DNA from: an uncultured Verrucomicrobiae bacterium | Lineage (GTDB): Bacteria; Verrucomicrobiota; Verrucomicrobiia; Limisphaerales; Palsa-1400 | Reading direction: 5' to 3' | Length of the DNA: 64,000 bases | NCBI GenBank assembly: GCA_963764165.1 | Contig: CAVXRD010000003.1 | Coordinates: 64,001-128,000, forward strand | In this document: piece after piece, positions 10,405-19,959 of the stretch | Position numbering within the stretch: the stretch's first letter is position 1 | Layout of the letters: each line of letters opens with the position of its first letter | Notes under the pieces: generated by a model | What the model saw: the letters and a program-made list of their open reading frames with translations, nothing else | The model's database searches: none | Told to the model about the DNA's origin: nothing | Made by a program: the position numbers and the translations under genes

Positions 10405-10490
10405 TGTTGCCGGTTGTTGCCACCCTGTTGCCATTTTTGTTGCCACTTAAGTTCCTTGCAATCAACAGTGTAACGGATGTTGCCACTTTT
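10405..10490. repeat. Cluster of five TGTTGCC direct repeats upstream of phosphofructokinase
   Basis: Copies start at 10405, 10415, 10426, 10438 and 10478; partial inverted copy GGCAAC at 10381. Confidence 0.75.
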
Positions 10491-10597
10491 TGGGGATTAT
10501 ATGACATTTCATCGCCAATGCCGTTTGCCGGGCTTTCTAAGGTCAGGCGTGATTTGACCTTTACAGGTGCCATGCCGTTATTGTCTGCTTATGCCGT

Positions 10598-11869
10598 ATG
10601 TCAGATCTTATAGGCAATCTAATGGTGGCGCAGTCGGGTGGACCGACGGCGGTAATTAATGCCAGCGTGGCTGGAGTGGTCGAACAGGCCAAAAAATACC
10701 CGTTTATTCAGGACATTTATGGCGGGCTTAATGGCATTCTGGGCATCCTCAACGAACAGTTAATCGATCTTCGCCAGGAATTGCCTGACACGATCAGCGG
10801 CCTCAAATACACCCCGGCTGCGGCTCTCGGCACCTGCCGTTACAAAATCGATTTCAAGAAAAAGCCCGAACGCGCGGCGAAGGACATGGACCGCCTGTTC
10901 CAAGTCTTGGCGGCCCATAATATTCGCTATTTCTTTTACGCGGGCGGCAACGATTCGCAGGACACATCCGATAAAATCAATTTGGAGGCGGTCCGACGCG
11001 GCTACGAAATGCGCGTGATCGGCGTTCCAAAGACGATTGATAACGATTTGCCGCACACCGACCATTGCCCAGGATTCGGCTCGGTCGCAAAATACAATGC
11101 CTGCACCGTGATGGAAATCGCGGCGGACGTCAAAGCCATGGCCACCGACGACGGCTCCTGCTGCATCATCGAAGTGATGGGCCGCAGCGCAGGGTGGATC
11201 GCGGCCGCCACAGTGCTGGCCAAGCGCGCGCCGGCGGACGCGCCGCACATTATTTTGATGCCGGAAATTTCCTTCAACGAGGAAGCCTTCCTGAAGAAAG
11301 TGCAATCGATTATTTCTGAGCTCGGCTATTGCATCGTGGTGGTTGGCGAAGGCTTGAAGAATCCGGACGGCACCGAATACAGCGCGGACAAAACGCGCCT
11401 GGACGCGTTCGGCCATCCGGTGCTTTCCGGCGCGGCGGAACGCCTGTCGGAATTGGTCTTCGGCAAATTGCGCACCCGCACCCGCACGGTGAAACTCGGC
11501 TACGCCCAGCGCGCGGCGGCCCATTACGCCAGCGCCACCGATTGCGCGGAGGCGTATGCCTGCGGCGAAGCGGCAGTCCGCGCGGCGGCGGAAGGCAAAA
11601 CAGGATTCATGGTCAAACTCGTCCGCGCTCCGGGCGAGGAATATGCTTGGACGACGGGATTGCAGCCGTTGGGCGACATCGCCAATGTTGAGCACATGGT
11701 GCCCCGCACATGGCTGACTGAAGACGGTTTTCTGCCGAATGACGAATTTATCCGCTATTGCCGCCCGCTGATCAAAGGCGAAGTCCGCCCACCCACCGAA
11801 GGCGGATTGCCGAAATACGTCGTTCTGCAACGGCACACCATTCCGCAGAAACTCGCCCGGCGCGAATAA
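10598..11869 (+). CDS. pfp: 6-phosphofructokinase, probably PPi-dependent
   Basis: QSGGPTAVIN; GGNDS (Asp typical of PPi-type enzymes); PKTIDND; EVMGR. Confidence 0.9.
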   Translation: MSDLIGNLMVAQSGGPTAVINASVAGVVEQAKKYPFIQDIYGGLNGILGILNEQLIDLRQELPDTISGLKYTPAAALGTCRYKIDFKKKPERAAKDMDRLFQVLAAHNIRYFFYAGGNDSQDTSDKINLEAVRRGYEMRVIGVPKTIDNDLPHTDHCPGFGSVAKYNACTVMEIAADVKAMATDDGSCCIIEVMGRSAGWIAAATVLAKRAPADAPHIILMPEISFNEEAFLKKVQSIISELGYCIVVVGEGLKNPDGTEYSADKTRLDAFGHPVLSGAAERLSELVFGKLRTRTRTVKLGYAQRAAAHYASATDCAEAYACGEAAVRAAAEGKTGFMVKLVRAPGEEYAWTTGLQPLGDIANVEHMVPRTWLTEDGFLPNDEFIRYCRPLIKGEVRPPTEGGLPKYVVLQRHTIPQKLARRE

Positions 11870-11887
11870 GTCGCGCCGACGCCGGAA

Positions 11888-12652
11888 TTAAGGAACGCGC
11901 TCGATTTCGAAGTCGTCGAAGGCCGAGACACTATCGGCTTTCGTCCATAGCCCCGCTTTGCCGGCGTTCGAGAACGTGCGATCGTTTCTGTCAACTCGAA
12001 GGACGCCGTCGAGATAAATTTTGAGGCGCCGCCCCTTTGCTTCAAACCGCAGCCGGTGCCAAGCGCCTGGTGAGACAGGAGCGGGAACTTCAATGATCTT
12101 CGAGCGGATTCCGTTGACGGTTTTGAAAAGGATGACGTTGTTTTCCAGGGCGTTAGCGCGAGCGATGTAATAATTCCCTGGCGTGTAACGCAGAACAATG
12201 CCTCCCGCCTGATCGAGTTTTCCCGAAATCGGCTTGAAGCTGACTTCCGCCGCAATATCGCGCGCCTCAATGCCGTCCCAAACGCACAACGGAAAACGTG
12301 TATTGACAGATTCACTCGACTCCTGCATGAGCACTTTTTGATGATCAGGCGCGGAAGGATCATCACGCACGGCCCAGACAGGCGGCCCGCCGCCGCCCGT
12401 AAGTGCCGTCGTGAACCCGGGCGGAATCTGGCCCGTCGCTGAGTCAAAATGAATTTTCACGGGCTCGAACGTTTCCACCCGCGGAGGCAGGCTGCAACCG
12501 CCGATCCAAACAGCCAGTACGGCTGGTAGGGCGAGGCTCCTGCCGAGCCATCTTCGGCAAAAGGGAAGGCTCGGCAGGAGCCTCGCCCTACCGTGCCGAT
12601 CTTTTTGCAGTGTGATCTGTTTGTCCGTTATCGATTGGCGTTTCGCTATCAT
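11888..12652 (-). CDS. Putative lipoprotein with a DUF1080/concanavalin-like (3-keto-disaccharide hydrolase-type) fold
   Basis: Lipobox-like IGGC; DQAGGIV..NYY..RANALENN, WH.L.., GKAGLWTKADS..FDD motifs. Start is uncertain (ATG 12652 chosen). Confidence 0.7.
   Translation of the reverse strand: MIAKRQSITDKQITLQKDRHGRARLLPSLPFCRRWLGRSLALPAVLAVWIGGCSLPPRVETFEPVKIHFDSATGQIPPGFTTALTGGGGPPVWAVRDDPSAPDHQKVLMQESSESVNTRFPLCVWDGIEARDIAAEVSFKPISGKLDQAGGIVLRYTPGNYYIARANALENNVILFKTVNGIRSKIIEVPAPVSPGAWHRLRFEAKGRRLKIYLDGVLRVDRNDRTFSNAGKAGLWTKADSVSAFDDFEIERVP
12525..12592. repeat. REP doublet, family B (GGTAGGGCGAGGCTCCTGCCGAGCC inverted pair)
   Basis: Perfect 25-bp inverted arms at 12525-12549 and 12568-12592; related arm at 6386. 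Confidence 0.9.
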
Positions 12653-12749
12653 TTGCAAAATAAGAATTGTTGCCCGTCCTAATTTCAAAACAAAATTGCA
12701 ACTTCACTTTAATCTTTAGCCCGTCCGGGCGAGCCGTTAAAGTTCAGCC

Positions 12750-13172
12750 ATGGAACAAATCATTTACCCACGGAGCGGGCACGAGGCGATGGCCGGCTGG
12801 ATTTATCTGCCGCGCTTTGTTGACAAGATTCGGCTGCATTTGGCGGGGAAACTGCACAAGGATTACCAGGAAAATTTCACCAAGGGTTTTGACGGCGCGT
12901 GGCTCAAGGCGGCCGGTGTTTCGGCTGAGACGATGATTCAAGTCGTCAAAGATTCCATCACGGACGGACAGGTGGCCGACTGGGTGGCCAAAAACGTCAA
13001 GAAGACGGATGCGGAGAAGAAGGCGTTCAACGATTATGTCTCAAAGCGTGGCAGCGACGATGACGCCGCCAAGGCGCGATTGAAAATGCGCAAAGAGGAA
13101 TCCAACCTCACGCATCGCGATGACATCCACACGTTCCTCGATTACATCGACGCGGACGAGAAGCGCTCTTAA
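12750..13172 (+). CDS. DUF5069 domain protein
   Basis: PRS...GWIYLPRFVDKIRLHLAGKL..DY..N...GFD N-terminus and ..FLDYIDADE C-terminus. Confidence 0.8.
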   Translation: MEQIIYPRSGHEAMAGWIYLPRFVDKIRLHLAGKLHKDYQENFTKGFDGAWLKAAGVSAETMIQVVKDSITDGQVADWVAKNVKKTDAEKKAFNDYVSKRGSDDDAAKARLKMRKEESNLTHRDDIHTFLDYIDADEKRS

Positions 13173-13200
13173 AGGTAATGATCATCGCGTTTGATCCAAA

Positions 13201-13299
13201 GGTAGGGACGCCTCGCCGAGGCGTCCGGGCTTGCGCGTGGACAATGCCTCACCCCGGACGCCTCGGGCGGAAGGTCCGCTTCCCAAAGGCGTCCCTGCC
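13201..13299. repeat. REP doublet, family A; right arm carries a 20-nt insert
   Basis: Left arm intact; right arm interrupted by GCGGAAGGTCCGCTTCCCAA (13267-13286); spacer similar to the 9183 copy. Confidence 0.85.
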
Positions 13300-13302
13300 T
13301 TC

Positions 13303-14172
13303 ATGGGTTTAACGATCATCACCGACGAGCGCTGCGCAGAGTATACCTCGCCGGGCCACCCCGAGCGCCCAGCGCGAGTGACGTCAACGACAGCGTTGCT
13401 CAAGTCGCAATCCGAACTTCCATTGGAATGGGCTGTCCCACCGCTGGCGGGCGACGCCGCGATTTTGCGGGCGCACACTCAGGAGCACTTGGAACGCCTC
13501 GCGCTCCCGTTTGATTTTGACGCGGACACGGCGGCGCACCCCGGGATCGAAACGCACGCGCGCCGCTCAGCGGGAGGGGCGTTGCTGGCGCAGTCATTGG
13601 CTCGCGAAGGCAGGACGGCGTTTAGTTTGCTGCGCCCGCCGGGCCATCATGCCACGCCTTGTCGCGCGATGGGATTCTGCTACTTGAACTCCATCGCCAT
13701 CGCTGCGTTGGAAGCGCAAGCCGCCGGATTCAAGCGCGTGGCCGTTTTCGATTTCGATGTTCATCATGGAAATGGAACGGAGGAAATTCTTCTTGATAGG
13801 CAGGGAATTGCATTTTATTCGATTCACCAATTCCCTTGCTATCCCGGCACTGGTGAGACGAATCGCGGCAAGAACTGTTTCAATTATCCCGTGCCGCCGC
13901 AAACTCCGCGCCTGGAGTATCGCGCCATCCTTGAGAAGGCGCTGAAAGATTTGAAAGTATTCGGCCCGGATATCATTGGCGTGTCGGCGGGATTCGACGC
14001 CTATCGAAACGACCCGCTGGCGGATGGCACGCTTGAAGCCGAGGATTTTCGCTGGCTCGGTGAATCGATTCGCGGATTCGGTGCGCCGGCGTTCAGCGTT
14101 CTCGAGGGTGGTTACAGCGACAATTTGGCGGAACTGGTATTCGCGTATCTGAAGGGCATTAATCCCACATGA
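13303..14172 (+). CDS. Histone deacetylase family protein (Zn-dependent deacylase)
   Basis: GHPERPAR, RPPGHHA, GFCYLN, DFDVHHGNG, SAGFD, LEGGY. Confidence 0.92.
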   Translation: MGLTIITDERCAEYTSPGHPERPARVTSTTALLKSQSELPLEWAVPPLAGDAAILRAHTQEHLERLALPFDFDADTAAHPGIETHARRSAGGALLAQSLAREGRTAFSLLRPPGHHATPCRAMGFCYLNSIAIAALEAQAAGFKRVAVFDFDVHHGNGTEEILLDRQGIAFYSIHQFPCYPGTGETNRGKNCFNYPVPPQTPRLEYRAILEKALKDLKVFGPDIIGVSAGFDAYRNDPLADGTLEAEDFRWLGESIRGFGAPAFSVLEGGYSDNLAELVFAYLKGINPT

Positions 14173-14726
14173 AAATTCTCGTCGCCATCACGGGCGCCAG
14201 CGGGGCGCTCTATGCGCAACGACTGCTCGATCACCTGGATCCGAAGCAGCACGAAGTCCATGTGGTGATGAGCAATTACGCCCAAGCTGTGCTCAAGCAG
14301 GAATTGCCCGAGGGCTTGCGGCTCGCTCAAGGGGTGCAAACACACAGTCTGCGCAGCATGAACGCCCCCTTCGCCAGCGGTTCAAATCCCATGGACGCGA
14401 TGGTTGTCATCCCATGCACGATGGGAACGCTGGGACGGATCGCGCACGGCTTGAGCGAAGATGTTTTGCTGCGCGCCGCGGACGTGGCCTTGAAGGAAAA
14501 AAAGAAATTGATCCTGGTGCCGCGCGAAACGCCGTTGAATCTCGTTCACATCAGGAATTTTGAGTTGCTCATCCTGGCGGGCGCGATTCTGCTTCCGGCC
14601 AATCCTTCGTTTTATCATAACCCAAAGACCATAGAAGACGTCGTGGACACGGTAGTCGCCCGCGTGCTTGACCACATAGGGATTTCCCACGCGCTCTCGC
14701 CGCGCTGGCAAGAGGAAAACGAGTAG
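14169..14726 (+). CDS. ubiX: Flavin prenyltransferase UbiX
   Basis: ITGASG, ASGS, PC.MGTL, RAADV.LKE, PRETP, P.FY. Confidence 0.95.
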   Translation: MKILVAITGASGALYAQRLLDHLDPKQHEVHVVMSNYAQAVLKQELPEGLRLAQGVQTHSLRSMNAPFASGSNPMDAMVVIPCTMGTLGRIAHGLSEDVLLRAADVALKEKKKLILVPRETPLNLVHIRNFELLILAGAILLPANPSFYHNPKTIEDVVDTVVARVLDHIGISHALSPRWQEENE

Positions 14727-14729
14727 GCT

Positions 14730-15374
14730 TTACGCCGATTGGGCGGCCGAGAGAAATTTCTGCAATTCAGCCACGGCGCGCGCGCGGTGGCTGATTTTAT
14801 TTTTGACGTCTTCTCCCAGTTCCGCGAAGGAAGCCGCAAATCCGGCCGGCACAAAAAGAGGATCGTAACCGAATCCACCCACACCACTTGCCGCCAGTGA
14901 AATGGCCCCTTCGCACTTTCCATCAAAGAACCGCGTCGGAGAACCCGGCGAGGCGAGCGCCAGCACGCAGCGAAATCGGGCGCCTCGCTTATCCGGAGGA
15001 ACATCGGCGAGCATCCGCAGCAGCTTTGCGTTGTTTGCGGAGTCCGGCGAATTTGCTCCGCCTGCCGAATCTTCCGCCGCGAACCGCGCCGAATGAACTC
15101 CGGGCGCGCCGTTAAGCGCATCGACTTCCAAACCGGAATCATCCGCCAGCACGCTGAACGGGACGCCTAAGTCTGCATTTGACAGAATCCACGCCATCAA
15201 GCCCTCCGCCTTTTTCGCGGCGTTTCCCGCAAAGGTTTCAGCATCTTCAATAACGCCGGGAGCGGCGGGATAATCCGCCTGGGAGAAAATCTGGAAAGCC
15301 GGCCCCAGAATCTGCCGCATCTCTGAAACCTTGTGCCCGTTGCGCGTTGCCAGGATAAGACGGAGCATTATCAT
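14730..15374 (-). CDS. rdgB: Non-canonical purine NTP pyrophosphatase (RdgB/HAM1)
   Basis: ATRNGHK, ADDSGLEVDALNGAPGVHSAR, GFGYDPLF, KNKISHR. Confidence 0.95.
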   Translation of the reverse strand: MIMLRLILATRNGHKVSEMRQILGPAFQIFSQADYPAAPGVIEDAETFAGNAAKKAEGLMAWILSNADLGVPFSVLADDSGLEVDALNGAPGVHSARFAAEDSAGGANSPDSANNAKLLRMLADVPPDKRGARFRCVLALASPGSPTRFFDGKCEGAISLAASGVGGFGYDPLFVPAGFAASFAELGEDVKNKISHRARAVAELQKFLSAAQSA

Positions 15375-18300
15375 TGCGGAACCGGCGAGATTTCGAATGA
15401 TCCCGTCTGGCCATTGGCATCCAGCGTGAAGCCAGCGCCTCCTGTCGAAGGGTCGAGAAAAATGCCTTCGAAGATGAGCTTCGCATTGTCATTCGGATTC
15501 ACAAGGCTGCCTTTGATGGCGCCCGTGGAAGGCGCCAGCGAGCCCGTCAATTTGTTGACAGCCGTGCTTGGGTCAAAAGCGCCTGACGATTTGAAGGTGA
15601 ACGTGTCGGTCACCGGCGTGGTCAGCGTTCCGCCGCTGAAAACGATCTGGTACAGAATTCCCGCGGCAGGCTTCTGGTAATTTGTGCCCATCGAGGTGAG
15701 GATCTCGCTTGCGCCACCAGCGTAGTAGGTGCTCTTGACGGGATCCTTGAGCCAATAAAGAACGCCGTTCAAGTCGCCGCCGCCTGAATTCGTTTCCCAG
15801 CCGATGAGAAAACCTTTGCCGCTATAAAGCTTGGAGTAAACGGGCCAGACTCCATTGGTGAACACGCCGGTGGAAAATGAGAACGGCGTGTTGTCCGCCA
15901 GCGCGCCCGCCACCGCAACACCGCCGGAAGCCGCGACGCTCACCGCGGCGAAGCCGTCGCCAGCCGGACCATTCGAAATCGTGGACGGCTGAAGCGCCAA
16001 GGCATAATGACCGGGTGGAAAAGCCGAGTCGCTCGACAATTTCTTCTCCGTCCGGTAAGCCACGAGAGGAACGGTTGCGTCATCCAACGAGATCGTGCCA
16101 CTGAGCAACCCGGAATAATTGGCTGTGTCAAAGCTTATATCCAGGTTAATCAGAGTTTTGCCCGTCGAATAAAAGTAGCCATACAATCTGGTATTATAAC
16201 CCATGTTGAAATCCACCGGATAGTTTCGCTCGGGTGTTGCCAGCGTGCCCGTGACGACGCCGCTACTGGTGACGTCGAGTGACACGGACCCGGCGTTGGA
16301 TATCGACAATGAATTCGTGCTGAAAAACAAACCTCGATAGCTGCCGGAGAGCAGGGGATAATGGTTTTCGCTAAACGTCACTCCCGCCAGAGTAGTTCTG
16401 CCCTCGGCATCAGTAGCTATCGCCTTGGCGGTGTATGGGCCCGGCGCCAAGTTAGTTATTGTCAGGCTCCATTTGGTGCCGGAGATGGTCGCCGGCATGA
16501 ATCCCGTCACGGGGTATCCACCGCTGAATAATTGGCAAACGACCTGGGTGACATTGGGAACAGTTACGTTTCCGGAAAGTATTGCATCTGTGGAGGAAAC
16601 CACTGATGAGGGAGCCGGGTGTGTAAAATCAATTTTTCCCGGCGCATTCACCTGGATGAATGTTCCCGTGAATGAGAATCCCGCGCTCATTATGAATCGC
16701 AACGATGGCACGTCGAGCGTCACGTAACCATCGTTCCACGAGTAGAATGCCCATCCGGACGCGGGCGACGCGGTTTCCAGGTAGGTGGATCCATCCGATA
16801 GATAGGTGTTATTCGGGACTGACGCCGCGCCACGACCATAGATCGTCACGCTCAACGGCGACAGGAGAGTGAATCCTGAACTGGCGGCGGTGGAGCCTTG
16901 CGTGGAGTTAACCCACGCTTCCACGTGATACCCGCCCGGCGGGAGCGCCAGGGCAGGGGTGGACCACTTGTGGCCGGCGACGTCGACGACCATGGGCGCA
17001 GTCACGGCGTTGCTGGTGCTTGAGGAAAAAACCTGAACCGTGACCGGCCCGGGAGTGAGCTTTGACGCCAGGGTTCCCTTAATAATCACGCTGCTGGCTC
17101 CCACTTTCCCGTTCGGTGACGTGATTTCCAGTCCGCCTGGATCGGTGTTCGTGATAAAATTAGCTGTGAGAACAAAGCCGTTGGTCATGGCGAAGGCCAG
17201 GGTGGGATTTAGATACGCGTTGGTTCCGTAGGTCCAGTCTATAAAAATCGACCCCTTTGCCGCCTTGGCCTTAACCGAATAATTCGATCCGAGAACGGCA
17301 TTCGTGCCGCTTAATAACCCGGCGGTGGATGTCCCGTTGCCATAAATTTGGGAAACAAAAGGAAGCCGGGGAACGATGAACGTGTTGCTGGCAGCGGTGG
17401 ACGTGTTGCCCGTTCCATCTTGCGCCATGACAAGATTGGTGTAGACGCCCGGGGCGAGGTTGGTGAATGTCACCGACCAATTGGTTGTTCCCGTGGCGTA
17501 GAAAAGAACGCTAAAATTTGAGCCGCTGCAGGTGCATGCCACGTTGGCCACAGCCACATCATCGCTTGCTGAACCCGTTACCGTCACGTCGGCATTGGTC
17601 ACAGACTCGCCGTTGATCGGATAAGCGATGGACACCGAGGGAGGATTGGTATCGACGGTGTAAGCGCTGAGCACCTTGAACGCTCCAAAAAACAAGCTGG
17701 TATCCGCCGGGGAGCCAAATCCATTGTAATTGACGGGCAAATCGGGCAATACCCTGCTGGTGCCGGCCGTGGTGGAATCATAGATTCCGTGGAAGGGCTT
17801 GCTGAAGGTGTTGAAATAATTCAGCACATTTGTGCCGGCGATGACTCGCCCAAAAACCGTATAACCCCCGTTGCTTGTGTCGAGTGTGGAGGAATTATCG
17901 CCGAGGTTGAAGAAGAACCCATTGGCAGCGGAGTCGGGGTAACCGGGAGTCTTCGCGGCAGCGAGGGTGCCAAAGGTGTTGGGAATGTTCGTGCCCGTAT
18001 TGTATTCGTTGTCGACTTGCGCCGCAAAATGGGGCTCGAAGAACCCGCTTTCCGTGAAACTTTCATAGATCGAAGTCACGGACGGGCCAAAATCGGCTGG
18101 CGCAACTGAATTGGTTTGATCCGGCGCGGCGTAGTCTCCGCCTTGCAAAATGAACCCCGGTATCAGCTTGTCCCAAAACATATTGGCAAGCGGCATTTCA
18201 TAGTCAATGCCGAAAAAACTCGCCGGGGCAAGGTAGCGCAGAAAGTTCGCCACCGTGGCCGGTTTCTCCTGGTCGTAAAGTTGAACAACGACGTTGCTGG

Positions 18301-19864
18301 ACTCGCCCCCGGCAAATCCGGTAAACGTGATTTCCACAACCGTGCCCGGCCCCGTCGGCGCCACAACTGTCAGCGTAGCTGGGATGCTGGCAACGGTGTC
18401 GCCATCAGGAGCAGTAACGACGACCTCGTATTGAGTGCCCGATTGATTGGTCGAGGCGTCGGAGATAACCAGGCTCGAACTCGTCGCGCCGAAAATCGGC
18501 GACGAGTTAGAAATCCATTGGTAACCCACTGCGTTTGTGGCGGTGACGCTAAGCGTGGCTGTGCCTCCAGCCAAAGCAGCGACAGCGCGGGGTTGCGTGA
18601 CGATGCCAGCTGGCAGGCCATTGGAGGAAGTGAACTCGATTGCAAATGGTTCGCTGATGTTTCCCGCTCCGTCCTCCGCGAATGCCGTCAACTGATAGCT
18701 TCCTGGCGGCTTGCTGCCCAGAGTCACGCTCCAATTCGTCGTGCCGACCGCGTTGTTCGTTGTCGATATTCCCGCCAAGTCGCCTGTCAAACCTTCGAGC
18801 ACCACATAAACATACGCGATTCCGATGTCATCCGACGCGGTGCCGCTCACCGTCCACGAGCTGGTGGTGTCGAGTTTGTCCCCTTCGGCTGGCGATGCGA
18901 CGCCGACAACCGGGGGGGTGGTGTCCTGCGGAGCGTTGGTGGACGGTGACACAAAGGCGAACGAGGAATAGAAAAAGTTGTCATTGGCCGGCTCGGTCGT
19001 CCCATCGTAATTAACCGGTATCGTCGGGATATTGGAGAATTCGCTAAAAATCCCGTCCCCTGGCGCGCTCAGTGTATTGAAATATTGGAGGACGTTGCTG
19101 CCGGAGTTGGTGCCGCCCAGAATCCGGCCAAAGACCGTGAAATGCATGCCGTCGAGGTAGGTGGCATTATCCGTGAGGTTGAAAAAGAAGGCGGTCGATG
19201 CGGAGTTGGTGCTGGCGCCCAGCGCCATCGCAATCGTGCCGTATCGGTTGTGAATGAGCGGCCCAAGGCCAAATTCGCTGTCGACGTGCGAAGGGAAATT
19301 CGTTGGCGCACCCAATTGATAGATAGCCAGATTTGTGGATCGATTTGGCGTCCCATAATCGCCGCCCTGCAGAACAAAACCCGCCACGTCCCGGTCAAAG
19401 AACATATTTGAAAAGACCCCCGCCGAGATGTAATGGATGAAATTTTCGACCGTGGCCGGTTTGTCGTGATCAAATAGCTGGACAAGAAAGTTGCTGCTGC
19501 CGCCGCCCGGGTAATTGGTGATGGTCCACTGAATAATGGTGCCGGGGACCAGTGTTAATGCCGCGGCCGATGACACGGTCGTGACGGAGCCGTCAGCCGA
19601 AGTTATGTTGACTGAATAGCTCCCGGCGTTGTTGGTGCTGACATTTTCCAAATCGAGGCTGGAATTCGTCTGGCCAGGCAACAGCGAGTTGTTGAAAAAC
19701 CACTGGTAGGAGCCAGCACTTGTCGCGGTCACGGAAAACTGCGCGTCTGATGCGTAGTTGACGGTGATGTTTTGGGGTTGAGAGGTAATGACAGGTATCT
19801 GGGCGGCTGCTTTCCAGGCAAAGAAGAAGCAAAGCACAGAAACCTCCAGGAGTCGGCGATTCAT
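15371..19864 (-). CDS. Large secreted protein with Ig-like domains and two cyclophilin-type PPIase domains
   Basis: Signal peptide; Ig-like ITSQPQ..YQW; cyclophilin motifs twice (P.TV.NF..Y, F.LQGG, FFFNL.DN...LD, TVFGR); beta-rich C-terminal region. Confidence 0.85.
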   Translation of the reverse strand: MNRRLLEVSVLCFFFAWKAAAQIPVITSQPQNITVNYASDAQFSVTATSAGSYQWFFNNSLLPGQTNSSLDLENVSTNNAGSYSVNITSADGSVTTVSSAAALTLVPGTIIQWTITNYPGGGSSNFLVQLFDHDKPATVENFIHYISAGVFSNMFFDRDVAGFVLQGGDYGTPNRSTNLAIYQLGAPTNFPSHVDSEFGLGPLIHNRYGTIAMALGASTNSASTAFFFNLTDNATYLDGMHFTVFGRILGGTNSGSNVLQYFNTLSAPGDGIFSEFSNIPTIPVNYDGTTEPANDNFFYSSFAFVSPSTNAPQDTTPPVVGVASPAEGDKLDTTSSWTVSGTASDDIGIAYVYVVLEGLTGDLAGISTTNNAVGTTNWSVTLGSKPPGSYQLTAFAEDGAGNISEPFAIEFTSSNGLPAGIVTQPRAVAALAGGTATLSVTATNAVGYQWISNSSPIFGATSSSLVISDASTNQSGTQYEVVVTAPDGDTVASIPATLTVVAPTGPGTVVEITFTGFAGGESSNVVVQLYDQEKPATVANFLRYLAPASFFGIDYEMPLANMFWDKLIPGFILQGGDYAAPDQTNSVAPADFGPSVTSIYESFTESGFFEPHFAAQVDNEYNTGTNIPNTFGTLAAAKTPGYPDSAANGFFFNLGDNSSTLDTSNGGYTVFGRVIAGTNVLNYFNTFSKPFHGIYDSTTAGTSRVLPDLPVNYNGFGSPADTSLFFGAFKVLSAYTVDTNPPSVSIAYPINGESVTNADVTVTGSASDDVAVANVACTCSGSNFSVLFYATGTTNWSVTFTNLAPGVYTNLVMAQDGTGNTSTAASNTFIVPRLPFVSQIYGNGTSTAGLLSGTNAVLGSNYSVKAKAAKGSIFIDWTYGTNAYLNPTLAFAMTNGFVLTANFITNTDPGGLEITSPNGKVGASSVIIKGTLASKLTPGPVTVQVFSSSTSNAVTAPMVVDVAGHKWSTPALALPPGGYHVEAWVNSTQGSTAASSGFTLLSPLSVTIYGRGAASVPNNTYLSDGSTYLETASPASGWAFYSWNDGYVTLDVPSLRFIMSAGFSFTGTFIQVNAPGKIDFTHPAPSSVVSSTDAILSGNVTVPNVTQVVCQLFSGGYPVTGFMPATISGTKWSLTITNLAPGPYTAKAIATDAEGRTTLAGVTFSENHYPLLSGSYRGLFFSTNSLSISNAGSVSLDVTSSGVVTGTLATPERNYPVDFNMGYNTRLYGYFYSTGKTLINLDISFDTANYSGLLSGTISLDDATVPLVAYRTEKKLSSDSAFPPGHYALALQPSTISNGPAGDGFAAVSVAASGGVAVAGALADNTPFSFSTGVFTNGVWPVYSKLYSGKGFLIGWETNSGGGDLNGVLYWLKDPVKSTYYAGGASEILTSMGTNYQKPAAGILYQIVFSGGTLTTPVTDTFTFKSSGAFDPSTAVNKLTGSLAPSTGAIKGSLVNPNDNAKLIFEGIFLDPSTGGAGFTLDANGQTGSFEISPVPQ

Positions 19865-19959
19865 TCAGCCCGCACTATACGGATATCAGGGAAAAGCGGA
19901 AGCAAAAAGTGCGAAAATTCGGCTTGGAACTTGTCGTGGGGCAATGTCACATATCTGGC

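Noticed and set aside
10760..11836. 358-aa antisense ORF over pfp, and similar long shadow ORFs elsewhere
   Set aside because: Fully overlaps a well-supported gene on the other strand; expected from codon bias.
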